64,000 nucleotides of DNA from Candidatus Pacearchaeota archaeon (GTDB lineage: Archaea; Nanobdellota; Nanobdellia; Pacearchaeales; GW2011-AR1): positions 197,165 through 261,164 of the forward strand of contig JAGVXH010000004.1 of NCBI GenBank assembly GCA_018303845.1, written 5' to 3'. A model generated the notes under the pieces. The model worked only from the letters and a program-made list of their open reading frames with translations. It searched no databases and was not told where the DNA came from. Position 1 is the stretch's first letter, and every line of letters begins with the position of its first letter. Shown here one piece after another: positions 1 to 9,154 of this stretch. The position numbers were made by a program, and so were the translations under genes.

Positions 1-166
1 CAACGAAATTTTTTAACTTCCCAACACTGCAATATCCAAATATTCCAGTAAACCACCCATTTGTACATTTTAATTTAGTTTTCCCATGAACTATTTCATT
101 CGGGAAAATATCTATTCGTCCATATAGCAATTGAGAAACCCCCGCTGCATATTCGTCAATATCCAT
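1..166 (-). CDS. hypothetical protein, N-terminal fragment (gene runs off the window start)
   Basis: ATG at 166-164 (minus strand) opens the frame MDIDEYAAGVSQLLYGRIDIFPNEIVHGK..., which stays open to position 1. It is shorter than the ORF-track cutoff. No motif recognised. Confidence 0.3.
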   Translation of the reverse strand, partial: MDIDEYAAGVSQLLYGRIDIFPNEIVHGKTKLKCTNGWFTGIFGYCSVGKLKNFV

Positions 167-216
167 AAAAAAGAAACCACCCTAGACTTTATAACAATTA
201 TTGTAATCAAAAACAA

Positions 217-834
217 CTAAAACTCGTTCTCGTCTTCTTCCTTCTTTTTCGCTAAATCCTTAATTCTCTTCAGTGCAGCTCGAACATTTTTATTCAACTG
301 AACCATCGAATCATCCAATTGCGCCTTGTTTTTCGTTCCAGTACAAACCAGCTTTCCATTACTAAACAACAAAAAAGTAGCTGTAGGATTATCTAATTTG
401 TAGACAAGTCCAGGAAACTGCTCAGGCTCATATTCAGTATTTTCTAGTTCTAAAGATAAAGTATTCAAATTCAAATCCAAATCAATAGCACCACTTGCAA
501 CAATATTTTGTACCGTAATCTTTGGGGTAATGGTAACATTCACGCCAATTTTCTTCAACTGTTTAATCACCTGTGAAACAACATCTCGAACCTGCGAAAC
601 CGATTTGGTCCCAGTACAAACCAAATTTCCACTACTAAAAACCAAAACCGCACTCTTTGGCTCCTTAACTCTCAAAACCAGCCCAGGAAATGTATCTGGA
701 TTATATTCAGTATTAGGTTGCGTCCGAGCAAGCTTAGTCAGACTAACTTCTTTCTCAAGCGAAGTAGTCGCAACAATGTTTTGTACCTTTAATTTGGTAT
801 CTTCTCTAGAAACAACTTTTGCCACTGCCATCAA
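217..834 (-). CDS. tbp: TATA-box binding protein
   Basis: Two internal TBP repeats: QNIVATTSL...FPGLVLRV...LVFSSGNLVCTGTKS and QNIVASGAI...FPGLVYKL...LLFSNGKLVCTGTKN. Acidic C-terminal tail. Confidence 0.95.
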   Translation of the reverse strand: MMAVAKVVSREDTKLKVQNIVATTSLEKEVSLTKLARTQPNTEYNPDTFPGLVLRVKEPKSAVLVFSSGNLVCTGTKSVSQVRDVVSQVIKQLKKIGVNVTITPKITVQNIVASGAIDLDLNLNTLSLELENTEYEPEQFPGLVYKLDNPTATFLLFSNGKLVCTGTKNKAQLDDSMVQLNKNVRAALKRIKDLAKKKEEDENEF

Positions 835-881
835 ATACTATAAATCATTTTCCTTTATAAAGGCTTTGATTTATGCGACGA

Positions 882-2576
882 TTAATTCTTTTCAACTTCC
901 GCCTCAATCTCATCAATAGTCGCAATATCCATAATCCCACGGTCAGGTCTAACTCTTAAAATTCTAGGGAATCTCAAAGCAAACCCAGAGGAATTAGTCG
1001 GACTCTTTTGCACATTTTGAAACTGCACCGAAACAACAATTTCAGGCTTAACCTCAACATGTCTTCCTTCCGCCTTCAAGACAACCTTCTCCAGCATATT
1101 CGTCATCTCCTCAAAAGACAAACCTTCATCTTTTAATTCTTTTAACCCAGTAGAAACTTTACCAATCCCGAGTAGCTCGCCATCTTCTCCGCTACAAGCA
1201 ACATCAAAACTAGTCAGCCATCCAGCCCTCTTCCCAGTTCCCCACTCAGCCCCCGTAATCACCAAATCAAAGTCATTATCCTCAGGCTTCAACTTAACAG
1301 CATAACCAATTCGCGCCCCAGGTTTATACGGAGAATCCAATCTTCGCCCCATCAAGCCTTCCTGATTATCGTCCAATGCCTCATCATAAAACCTCTCAAC
1401 CTCACCACTATTTCCAGTCACAATCTGCTTAGCCAAAACAATTTTCTTTTCCTCAGTTCTTACAATCCTTTCCAAAATCTTTCGCCTCTTCTCAAACGGA
1501 GCATCAATCAAGTTATCTCCATCCAAAAATACAACATCAAAAACGACCAACTCAACTGGGAGACTTTTCATCATCTCGCCGATTCCATGCTTCCGTCGGA
1601 TCCTTTGACTAATGGCCTGAAAATCTGTATACTCTCCCGTAGCCGAATCAAACCCAACAGCCTCACAATCTAAAATAAAATTATCACCCAAAACATGCGA
1701 TTCGGCATATTTAGACAATTCAGGAAATTGCTTAGTTACATTCTCTAAAGCCCTAGTAAAAATCTTAACATCCCCACTCTTAGCTTTATTTACCATAACC
1801 CGAAACCCATCATACTTATATTCGAAAGCAGCTGGTCGTCCCACAATCCTAAATGCATCTTCAACATCCTTCGCCTTCGGGAAAAGCATAACCTTCAACG
1901 GCTTCCCAGGCATCAATTTAATCTTTTCCAAACTATCGCTACACGCCCTCTCAAAAACTTCCTTAAAATCCGTAGCCTTATCATAAGCTTCCTGGACAGC
2001 CTTGACACAAGCCTTCTTATCATCCAAATCTTTAGGCTCAAAACAATAAACTGCAATCGCATCTCGCAAAGTCCCAATCCCAACACCAATCTTCAAATCA
2101 TTCAAAACAGTTCTAACGATATATTTCGCCTCAACAGTTGTCGCCGAATGCAACAAATCAACAATATACCCAATTTTCAAATCCACCGTCCCCGCGCCAT
2201 CAATCTCCGGCAATTTCCTTAAATTATCCAAAACTTTTTCAACACTTAATTTTTTCTCAAACAATCCTCGCTGTTTCTTCTTCTTCCCTAAAACTTTTTC
2301 GGCAACATCTCCCAAATCCCCAAGCTTTCGAAAATCATCAACAACCTCGTCCTCCAAAATCCCCGCTGCTCGAGCTATCGCCTTAATAATTAACTGAACC
2401 GAAATCCCAAGTTCCTTAGATTCATAGTCCGCAAATAACTGCCCTCGAAGCAAATAAATAAATTCAGGGTTGTCCCGAATCTTTCCTAAAAACCCAGCAA
2501 GAATATCAGTCTTCTCAAGTCCACTAGGGGTAGCTTCAAGTTCACTATAGACATCACACAATTTCGAATAATCCAT
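882..2576 (-). CDS. lig: ATP-dependent DNA ligase
   Basis: Adenylation motif EYKYDGFRV plus a ligase N-terminal domain and an OB-fold C-terminus. The ORF-track start at 2591 is TTG. The first ATG (2576) gives MDYSKLCDVYSELE, typical of archaeal ligases. Confidence 0.93.
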   Translation of the reverse strand: MDYSKLCDVYSELEATPSGLEKTDILAGFLGKIRDNPEFIYLLRGQLFADYESKELGISVQLIIKAIARAAGILEDEVVDDFRKLGDLGDVAEKVLGKKKKQRGLFEKKLSVEKVLDNLRKLPEIDGAGTVDLKIGYIVDLLHSATTVEAKYIVRTVLNDLKIGVGIGTLRDAIAVYCFEPKDLDDKKACVKAVQEAYDKATDFKEVFERACSDSLEKIKLMPGKPLKVMLFPKAKDVEDAFRIVGRPAAFEYKYDGFRVMVNKAKSGDVKIFTRALENVTKQFPELSKYAESHVLGDNFILDCEAVGFDSATGEYTDFQAISQRIRRKHGIGEMMKSLPVELVVFDVVFLDGDNLIDAPFEKRRKILERIVRTEEKKIVLAKQIVTGNSGEVERFYDEALDDNQEGLMGRRLDSPYKPGARIGYAVKLKPEDNDFDLVITGAEWGTGKRAGWLTSFDVACSGEDGELLGIGKVSTGLKELKDEGLSFEEMTNMLEKVVLKAEGRHVEVKPEIVVSVQFQNVQKSPTNSSGFALRFPRILRVRPDRGIMDIATIDEIEAEVEKN

Positions 2577-2710
2577 ACTATAAACTACCAATCGAGCTTT
2601 TTATATTTTTTATTATAGTGTTTTCTCTACTCCCTGCGAAAATGATTTATATCAAAAGAGAAAACTTATATAACGATTACAACATTTAATTTATTAAGGA
2701 GCCAGATAGT

Positions 2711-3181
2711 ATGAAAATTTTAACGAACGAAAAATTTTATGAAAAGTATGCGTGGGTAGTTTTCCTAATTATTGGAGTTATGGTTTTAGCGGGCGCAATT
2801 CCTCATACATTGGGCATTAATACTGACCCGACATTAGTACAAGCTATTAGCGGCAAAACAATAGACGAACTTAAAATCTCAAATCCAATGTTTTTTAATT
2901 TATACAATTTCTATTTTAGAGGCGGAGGTTTATCTGACTTAGGATTTGCCTTTTTCCTCATAGTCATTTCTCTATTCGCTTATAGGCAAGGACAAAAATG
3001 GGCTTGGTATGCTTTTTGGTTTATTCCAGTTTACTTTCTAACTTGGGTTGCCCTTAGCTTGAACCTACCACCCGCATCACAATCATCATTACTCCCACCA
3101 TTAATAGTGATTATAATTTTAAGTCTCACGGGATTGCTCTTGCCTTTTAGAAAGTTTTTCCCAAAAAATAAAATAAAATAA
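2711..3181 (+). CDS. hypothetical polytopic membrane protein
   Basis: Four hydrophobic segments. A GGAG-like sequence lies upstream of the ATG. No family motif recognised. Confidence 0.5.
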   Translation: MKILTNEKFYEKYAWVVFLIIGVMVLAGAIPHTLGINTDPTLVQAISGKTIDELKISNPMFFNLYNFYFRGGGLSDLGFAFFLIVISLFAYRQGQKWAWYAFWFIPVYFLTWVALSLNLPPASQSSLLPPLIVIIILSLTGLLLPFRKFFPKNKIK

Positions 3182-3311
3182 TGTCTTGCAACAAAAACTT
3201 CCAGCATTTCACACAAGTATTCACGACATACTAGTCAAAACTATCTACGTTAGCAGATTTTCAACCGCCAAATTTATAAACAAAACATTATAACAATCAT
3301 CAGGTGATACT

Positions 3312-5705
3312 ATGTTTAACAAAAAAGCTTTCGTGATACCATTCAAAGATTTAGGAATAAAAGATGTCCCAATAGCAGGAGGGAAAAACGCTTCCCTTGG
3401 AGAAATGTACCGAGAGTTAAAAAAGAAAGGAGTTGAAGTTCCCAATGGATTCGCGGTAACGGCATTAGCCTACCGATACTTCATGGAAAAAGCAAACCTC
3501 CAAGATAAAATAAAATCAATCCTCTCAGATTTGAATACACATGATACCAGAAACCTAATGGAGAGAGGGAAGAAAGTCAGGGACATAATTTTAAACGCAG
3601 AAGTTCCAAAAGAAATAGAAGAGGAAATAATTAACAGTTACAAAAAGTTATCTAGGGAATCCGGAGAAAAATATACCGACGTTGCAGTTCGGTCGTCAGC
3701 GACAGCAGAGGATTTGCCAGATGCTTCATTCGCGGGGCAACAAGAAACTTTCCTAAACATCGTAGGGGAAAAGGCAATCCTAGAAGCATGTAAAAAATGT
3801 TTCGCCTCTCTTTTTACAAACAGAGCAATCTCATATCGAGTAGACAAAGGCTTCGACCATTTCAGTATAGCATTATCAATTGGAGTCCAAAAAATGGTAA
3901 GAAGCGATATCTCATCAAGCGGAGTAATGTTCTCAATTGACACAGAATCTGGCTTCAAAGACGCCGTATTTATAACAGGAATCTACGGGCTAGGAGAAAA
4001 TATTGTACAAGGAGCAGTAAACCCTGATGAGTTTTACGTACACAAGCCAACGCTAAAACAAGGTTACAGTCCAATTATTTCAAAGAAAGTAGGCAACAAG
4101 TCACTAAGAATGATTTATAATTCAAAAGGTCCAAACCCAGTAAAAAATATACCAGTCCCAAAAGCCCAGCGAAATCAGTTCTGCATCACCGATATAGAAA
4201 TCTTAAAATTAGCAAAGTGGGCAGTAATAATCGAAGAGCATTACAACAAAGCAATGGATATTGAATGGGCAAAAGACGGCAAGACAGGAAAACTTTTCAT
4301 CGTCCAAGCCAGGCCAGAAACAGTCCAGAGTCAAAAAGACGTAAACAAACTAGAAGAATATGTATTAAATGAAAAAGGAAAAATATTAGTTTCAGGAAGT
4401 AGCGTAGGGTCAAAAATAGGAGCGGGGGCAGCTAAAGTGATAAAAAATGTTTCAGGAATTCATTCTTTCAAAAAAGGAGATGTTCTGGTAACAGAAATGA
4501 CCGATCCAGATTGGGAGCCAATTATGAAAATAGCTTCAGCAATTGTAACCGAAAAAGGTGGACGAACATGTCATGCGGCAATCATTTCTAGAGAACTAGG
4601 AATTCCTTGTATTGTTGGGACAAACGATGCAACAAAAAAATTAAAGACAGGCGACAAGATAACGGCAAGTTGTGCGGAAGGAGAAAATGGATATGTCTAT
4701 GAAGGAATATTAAAGTATTCAATTAAAACACACGACCTAAAATCAATACCAAGAACAAAAACCAAAATCATGATGAACATAGGCAATCCAGAATCTGCCT
4801 TTGAACAAAGTTTCATCCCTAATGATGGAGTTGGCCTAGCAAGAGAAGAATTCATAATAAATTCCCACATTAAGATTCATCCAAAAGCATTAATTGAATT
4901 CGATAAATTAAAAGACAAAAAAGTAATAAAGCAAATTGAAGAAATCACAATTGGATATAAGGACAAAAAACAATTCTTCATAGACAAATTAGCCGAAGGT
5001 ATCGGTATGATAGGGGCAGCGTTTTTTCCTAAAGACGTAATCGTAAGAATGTCTGATTTCAAATCTAACGAATATAGAAATCTAATTGGCGGAAAAGAAT
5101 ACGAGCCTTCAGAAGAAAATCCGATGATAGGATGGCGTGGTGCTTCAAGATATTACAAAGAACAATATCGACCAGCTTTCGAACTAGAATGCGAAGCAAT
5201 CAAAAAAGCAAGAAACGAATTCGGATTAAAAAATATTAAAGTCATGATACCATTTTGTCGAACAATCGAAGAAGGAATAAAAGTTCAAAAGATAATGGAG
5301 AAGAAAGGATTGAAGAGAGGTCGTGATGGATTAGAAATTTATGTAATGTGTGAGATTCCTTCTAATGTAATATTAGCAGACGAATTTTCAAAAATCTTCG
5401 ACGGATTTTCAATCGGTTCAAATGACCTAACCCAATTGACACTAGGTTTAGACAGAGATTCAGAAATTGTTTCAGATGTTTATGACGAGAGAAACGCAGC
5501 TGTAAAAATGTTGATTGCAACAGTTATAGCAAAAGCAAAAAAGAATGAAAAGAAAATAGGAATCTGTGGGCAAGCCCCTTCAGACTTTCCAGACTTTGCG
5601 CAATTCTTAGTCAGATGCGGGATAGATTCAATATCTCTAAACCCAGATACAGTAATTAAAACAACATTAAAGATAGCAGAACAAGAAAAAAAGCTAGAAA
5701 AGTAA
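3312..5705 (+). CDS. ppsA: phosphoenolpyruvate synthase (pyruvate, water dikinase)
   Basis: 797 aa. ATP-grasp N-terminus, phosphohistidine swivel motif GGRTCHAAIISRELGIPCIVG, and a PEP-utilising C-terminal TIM barrel (SIGSNDLTQL). Confidence 0.95.
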   Translation: MFNKKAFVIPFKDLGIKDVPIAGGKNASLGEMYRELKKKGVEVPNGFAVTALAYRYFMEKANLQDKIKSILSDLNTHDTRNLMERGKKVRDIILNAEVPKEIEEEIINSYKKLSRESGEKYTDVAVRSSATAEDLPDASFAGQQETFLNIVGEKAILEACKKCFASLFTNRAISYRVDKGFDHFSIALSIGVQKMVRSDISSSGVMFSIDTESGFKDAVFITGIYGLGENIVQGAVNPDEFYVHKPTLKQGYSPIISKKVGNKSLRMIYNSKGPNPVKNIPVPKAQRNQFCITDIEILKLAKWAVIIEEHYNKAMDIEWAKDGKTGKLFIVQARPETVQSQKDVNKLEEYVLNEKGKILVSGSSVGSKIGAGAAKVIKNVSGIHSFKKGDVLVTEMTDPDWEPIMKIASAIVTEKGGRTCHAAIISRELGIPCIVGTNDATKKLKTGDKITASCAEGENGYVYEGILKYSIKTHDLKSIPRTKTKIMMNIGNPESAFEQSFIPNDGVGLAREEFIINSHIKIHPKALIEFDKLKDKKVIKQIEEITIGYKDKKQFFIDKLAEGIGMIGAAFFPKDVIVRMSDFKSNEYRNLIGGKEYEPSEENPMIGWRGASRYYKEQYRPAFELECEAIKKARNEFGLKNIKVMIPFCRTIEEGIKVQKIMEKKGLKRGRDGLEIYVMCEIPSNVILADEFSKIFDGFSIGSNDLTQLTLGLDRDSEIVSDVYDERNAAVKMLIATVIAKAKKNEKKIGICGQAPSDFPDFAQFLVRCGIDSISLNPDTVIKTTLKIAEQEKKLEK

Positions 5706-5758
5706 TTTCGTTAACGCTGCTCCCAAACCTTTATAATAAATAAACAATTTGACATAAC

Positions 5759-6082
5759 ATGGAAATAGATGTAACAGACGCAAACTTCCAAAGAGAAGTA
5801 ATAGAAAAATCAAAAACAACTCCAGTTTTAGTAGATTTTTGGGCAAGCTGGTGTGGGCCTTGCATGATGTTAAAACCAACTCTGGAAAAAATTGCAAAAG
5901 AATATGAAGGCAAACTAATTTTAGCAAAGGCGTCTACAGACAAAAACCCAACTGCAGCATCCAAATTCGGAGTAATGTCAATCCCTTCAGTGAAGTTATT
6001 CAAAGGTGGGAAAATAGTCGACGAATTCGTAGGCGCGCAACCAGAAGCTACAATTAAGCGATGGCTAAACCAAAAGTTGTAA
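5759..6082 (+). CDS. trxA: thioredoxin
   Basis: WCGPC active site (FWASWCGPCMML). 107 aa thioredoxin fold pattern. Confidence 0.9.
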   Translation: MEIDVTDANFQREVIEKSKTTPVLVDFWASWCGPCMMLKPTLEKIAKEYEGKLILAKASTDKNPTAASKFGVMSIPSVKLFKGGKIVDEFVGAQPEATIKRWLNQKL

Positions 6083-6111
6083 TTTTATTTAAATAAATTT
6101 ATTGATATCTA

Positions 6112-6447
6112 ATGAAAAATTCATTTGCAAAAGTTGACAGAAGAAGTGTGGACTTCGAAGTAGACGTAAAAGATTCTACTCTAATTATTTTTAGTAACTA
6201 CTTATACTCTCATGAAAAATTTCAGACTTATCCAGCTAATCGAGGAAGCACACCAAATGACGATTATTCAGAGCTAGAACTAGAATTAGATAAAGAGTGG
6301 AGCTACAATTTCAAAGGAATTTTCGCAAAAGCGATGGAATATTCCGGGACACTAATGTTCTTTGAATTAAATAAAAAAATAGTAGATGGGAAACACTTAA
6401 CTATAGAAAATTTAATAATTAAATATAAAATGAGAACAAGACATTAA
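6112..6447 (+). CDS. hypothetical protein
   Basis: 111 aa ORF in a gap not covered by another gene. No motif recognised. Confidence 0.4.
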   Translation: MKNSFAKVDRRSVDFEVDVKDSTLIIFSNYLYSHEKFQTYPANRGSTPNDDYSELELELDKEWSYNFKGIFAKAMEYSGTLMFFELNKKIVDGKHLTIENLIIKYKMRTRH

Positions 6448-6450
6448 TAA

Positions 6451-6657
6451 TTAATTTCTTCTAGGCATAATAATCCACATAACAATATATCCAATAATCC
6501 CAGGTCCAAAAACGGTAAGCATAGTCATAACAACCCAAACCAATCTCACAACAGTCGGATCAACTTCAAAATAATCAGCAATGCCAGCACAAACTCCGCC
6601 AAGCATAGAATCTTTCTTGTCAGCCCGATACAATCTTTTAATGTTTTTCTTAGCCAT
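6451..6657 (-). CDS. PspC domain-containing membrane protein
   Basis: LYRADKKDSMLGGVCAGIADYFEVDPTVVRLVWVV followed by one TM segment. This is the classic PspC-domain pattern. Confidence 0.75.
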   Translation of the reverse strand: MAKKNIKRLYRADKKDSMLGGVCAGIADYFEVDPTVVRLVWVVMTMLTVFGPGIIGYIVMWIIMPRRN

Positions 6658-6718
6658 AATTATACCAATATCCTTTCCTTTATAAAATTACTCCAAAAAA
6701 TAAAATAGTAAACAAAAA

Positions 6719-7285
6719 TTAATTTCCACGCCTTCTATTAGCCCTTAAACTCGGGAAAGCCTTAGGAACTTTAACCCTAGAATTCATTTGCCCTCTCGCT
6801 TTCTTTCCAGCAGTAGTCAAGCCTCGCAAAGCTCTCTTCTTAGGCGCGGCAACAAATGGACCCAATTGCTTATCAACTAAAATACCAGGTTCATTTCGGT
6901 CAACCAAAATAACTTCGTAAAAATAATTCATACCATCCTTGCCAATCCAGTAACTTCCTAAAACTTCGCAGTTATCATATTTCCTAGCAACTCTAGTTTC
7001 AGCAATTTCTTTATAATTCATATTCAAATTTTTTCTGTTATGCAGTCTCTTAGTTCGCCGTGCCTTATTCGGTCTACTTCTGTGGTGTCCGCCTCTCTTA
7101 ATTTTAACACGAACTACAACAATACCTTTCTTTGCTTTATACCCTAAACTACGAGCCCTATCAAGCCTCAATGGTTTCTCAACCTGAGTAATAGCTCCAT
7201 CTTTCCTCCACAAAATCATACGCTCACGGAGCACTTTCACATCTGGCTTTCTCCAAGCTTCACGCAAAAATTTCATTAAACCCAT
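6719..7285 (-). CDS. rpl15e: 50S ribosomal protein L15e
   Basis: N-terminus FLREAWRKPD, basic core KRGGHHRSRPNKARRTKR, 188 aa. Family specific to archaea and eukaryotes. Confidence 0.9.
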   Translation of the reverse strand: MGLMKFLREAWRKPDVKVLRERMILWRKDGAITQVEKPLRLDRARSLGYKAKKGIVVVRVKIKRGGHHRSRPNKARRTKRLHNRKNLNMNYKEIAETRVARKYDNCEVLGSYWIGKDGMNYFYEVILVDRNEPGILVDKQLGPFVAAPKKRALRGLTTAGKKARGQMNSRVKVPKAFPSLRANRRRGN

Positions 7286-7418
7286 AACATCTCAACAAAA
7301 ATTTCCTTTTTAAAGTTTTAGTATGCCAAAATTTTCATCATCACAAAAATCTCAAATCTCAATCTTCCCATATTTTTAGGATATAAATAATTATAAAGAA
7401 ATAAGTCTAAACACAATT

Positions 7419-8063
7419 ATGAGTAAAGAGCAAAATCTTGATGTTGTTAGAATGGGCGGAACATTAATAGGAGCACAAATTTATGAAAATTGTAAATCGA
7501 AAAAGACAGGTATTCCTTTCGTTGGCATATTAGGAGTTGGAAGTCAACATGCAAGAAATGGTAAAAAAAGTATATGGATAAATGGACAAAACTTAAGTCC
7601 AAATATCAGGTTGAATAACAATTGTGCTGGACATGGGCAACTAGAAGGAATCGCAACAGAAGAAGGTGCAATAAGATTTCTTGAAACAATTTATGATTTC
7701 CCAGCAATTGAGGGCTCATGTGTAGAATATAATTTAGATTCAATCAAGAATGAAGGCGGAAGAATATTGCTAAAAGGAAATTCTACAAGGAGAGATTATC
7801 GCTCTAATCCAAAACAAGAAATAGGAGAAATTCATTTGACATTTGATCCAAACTGGGAAAGAGAATTAGAAGAAGTCTGGCAATTCGAAATACCGAGTTT
7901 ATCTTTCGGAAGACAACATAGAATCAACGGACTCTCCCTACCTAAATATTTCAAAATCTTTTTAGGGGGAATAGAAGAACAAGGTTTCGACCATCCATAT
8001 GGAGCAGTTACTGAAAGCTTACAAAAAGAAAGAGCTCAAAGCGAGTCAAAAATTAATTTCTAA
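7419..8063 (+). CDS. hypothetical protein
   Basis: 214 aa ORF with an ATG start in an otherwise empty interval. No motif recognised. Confidence 0.5.
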   Translation: MSKEQNLDVVRMGGTLIGAQIYENCKSKKTGIPFVGILGVGSQHARNGKKSIWINGQNLSPNIRLNNNCAGHGQLEGIATEEGAIRFLETIYDFPAIEGSCVEYNLDSIKNEGGRILLKGNSTRRDYRSNPKQEIGEIHLTFDPNWERELEEVWQFEIPSLSFGRQHRINGLSLPKYFKIFLGGIEEQGFDHPYGAVTESLQKERAQSESKINF

Positions 8064-8067
8064 ATGC

Positions 8068-8100
8068 TTATCCGTGCCAACCCGCGTAATCTGTGAGCTA
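8068..8100 (+). repeat. triple 9-10 nt repeat family, copy a (ttatccgtgccaacccgcgtaatctgtgagcta)
   Basis: Three tandem units of type AAYCYGYG(T) ending in GTGAGC, 5 nt after the stop of 7419..8063. Same + orientation as all other copies. Confidence 0.7.
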
Positions 8101-8164
8101 TTATCCATCCACCAAATCCTCTCTCCCAAAATCTTATAAACCAAAATCACACCCAATATTCTAT

Positions 8165-8238
8165 GAGGCTGTAGCGCAGCCAGGTAGCGCACTGCTCTGA
8201 TAAGGCAGGGGTCCCAGGTTCAAATCCTGGCAGCCTCA
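8165..8238 (+). tRNA. tRNA-Ile (anticodon GAT)
   Basis: Cloverleaf folded by hand. Acceptor GAGGCTG/CAGCCTC, D arm GCGC-AGCCAGGTA-GCGC, anticodon stem CTGCT/GGCAG with loop CTGATAA, T arm CCAGG-TTCAAAT-CCTGG, discriminator A. No encoded CCA. Confidence 0.85.
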
Positions 8239-8337
8239 TAAATGAAAATTTGAAACTGGGACATTGGTCCCTGGTTTAAAATTTCTTTAGAAATTTTAGA
8301 AACGAAGTTTCGTGTCCGAGCTTCTCCGAAGCGAAGG

Positions 8338-8357
8338 CAAATCCTGGCAGCCTCATA
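8338..8357 (+). repeat. perfect 20-bp duplicate of the tRNA-Ile 3' end (caaatcctggcagcctcata)
   Basis: Identical to 8221..8240 (T-loop, 3' T stem, 3' acceptor strand, discriminator). It lies 97 nt downstream of the first copy. Confidence 0.9.
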
Positions 8358-8491
8358 TTAATTTCAAAAAATAACCTAAATTAAAATATAAAATTTAACC
8401 AAGCCCCCACTTTAGTGAGCTTCTCCACGAAGTGAACTCCACCAATAAAGTTGAGCTATTCCATTCCAATGAGCTTTCCGCACGAAAGCGA

Positions 8492-9097
8492 CTATCCCCT
8501 CATCTCAACTGAAACCTTTTCCCTGTCAATCCTCATCCCTAAAATCTCAACTTTCATAGGAATTGTCTTAATATAACATTTGTCCCGAGCATATGCCCTA
8601 ATCTCAACCCCAGTTTCAAGTTCTGTTACAACAACATCTTCACTTTTTTGAATGCCAGGTGCCTCAATCTCATAAATAATCACATCCCCAAGTCTTTTAA
8701 CCCTAGACTCAGCATTAACTTTTTCCAAACTACTCCTTCTCTCTGCTTCTTCTCTAGAAACAACAATACTAGCCCTTCTTTTCTCAGAACCATTAGGAAC
8801 AACCTGTGGCCTCATAGGACCTCGCGCAATCTGAATCTTAAAATTCTTCGGCATCCCAGTCTTGCCATCAACCTCCATGTTTTCAAGTTGCTTCTCTAAT
8901 TGCTTAACTAAACTTCCCATAATCTTCTCAACACCAAATGGCAACCTCAACTCTTCTTCAACTCGACCAGAATCATCCATTCCCAACATCCCAAAATCCT
9001 CTTCGCTGCCAGCCTTCATGGACGCCCCACAGTGAGGACAATAGTTAAATTTCTTGTCAACTTTCTCCGCACAGCCTCGACACTTCTTAGCAAACAT
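8492..9097 (-). CDS. zinc-ribbon protein with Hsp20/alpha-crystallin-like C-terminal domain
   Basis: N-terminal CRGC...CPHC ribbon. The C-terminus GDVIIYEIEAPGIQKSEDVVVTELETGVEIRAY...IPMKVEI...VSVEMRG follows the alpha-crystallin-domain pattern. Confidence 0.6.
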   Translation of the reverse strand: MFAKKCRGCAEKVDKKFNYCPHCGASMKAGSEEDFGMLGMDDSGRVEEELRLPFGVEKIMGSLVKQLEKQLENMEVDGKTGMPKNFKIQIARGPMRPQVVPNGSEKRRASIVVSREEAERRSSLEKVNAESRVKRLGDVIIYEIEAPGIQKSEDVVVTELETGVEIRAYARDKCYIKTIPMKVEILGMRIDREKVSVEMRG

Positions 9098-9154
9098 TCA
9101 ATAGAAAAAAATTCTAACTACTTAAATCTTTGTAAACACAGTTAAAATTCCAAC

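Noticed and set aside
530-919. Antisense shadow ORFs opposite well-supported genes: 530..919, 2138..2386, 11951..12505, 13541..13969, 14811..15269, 17787..18302, 33355..33735, 36382..36810, 42504..43124, 50487..51008, 56788..57297 and 61518..62276
   Set aside because: Each lies wholly within, and antisense to, a gene with clear family motifs. Their translations are low-complexity (S/P/L/N/I-rich) with no motifs. This is typical of open antisense frames in compositionally biased DNA.
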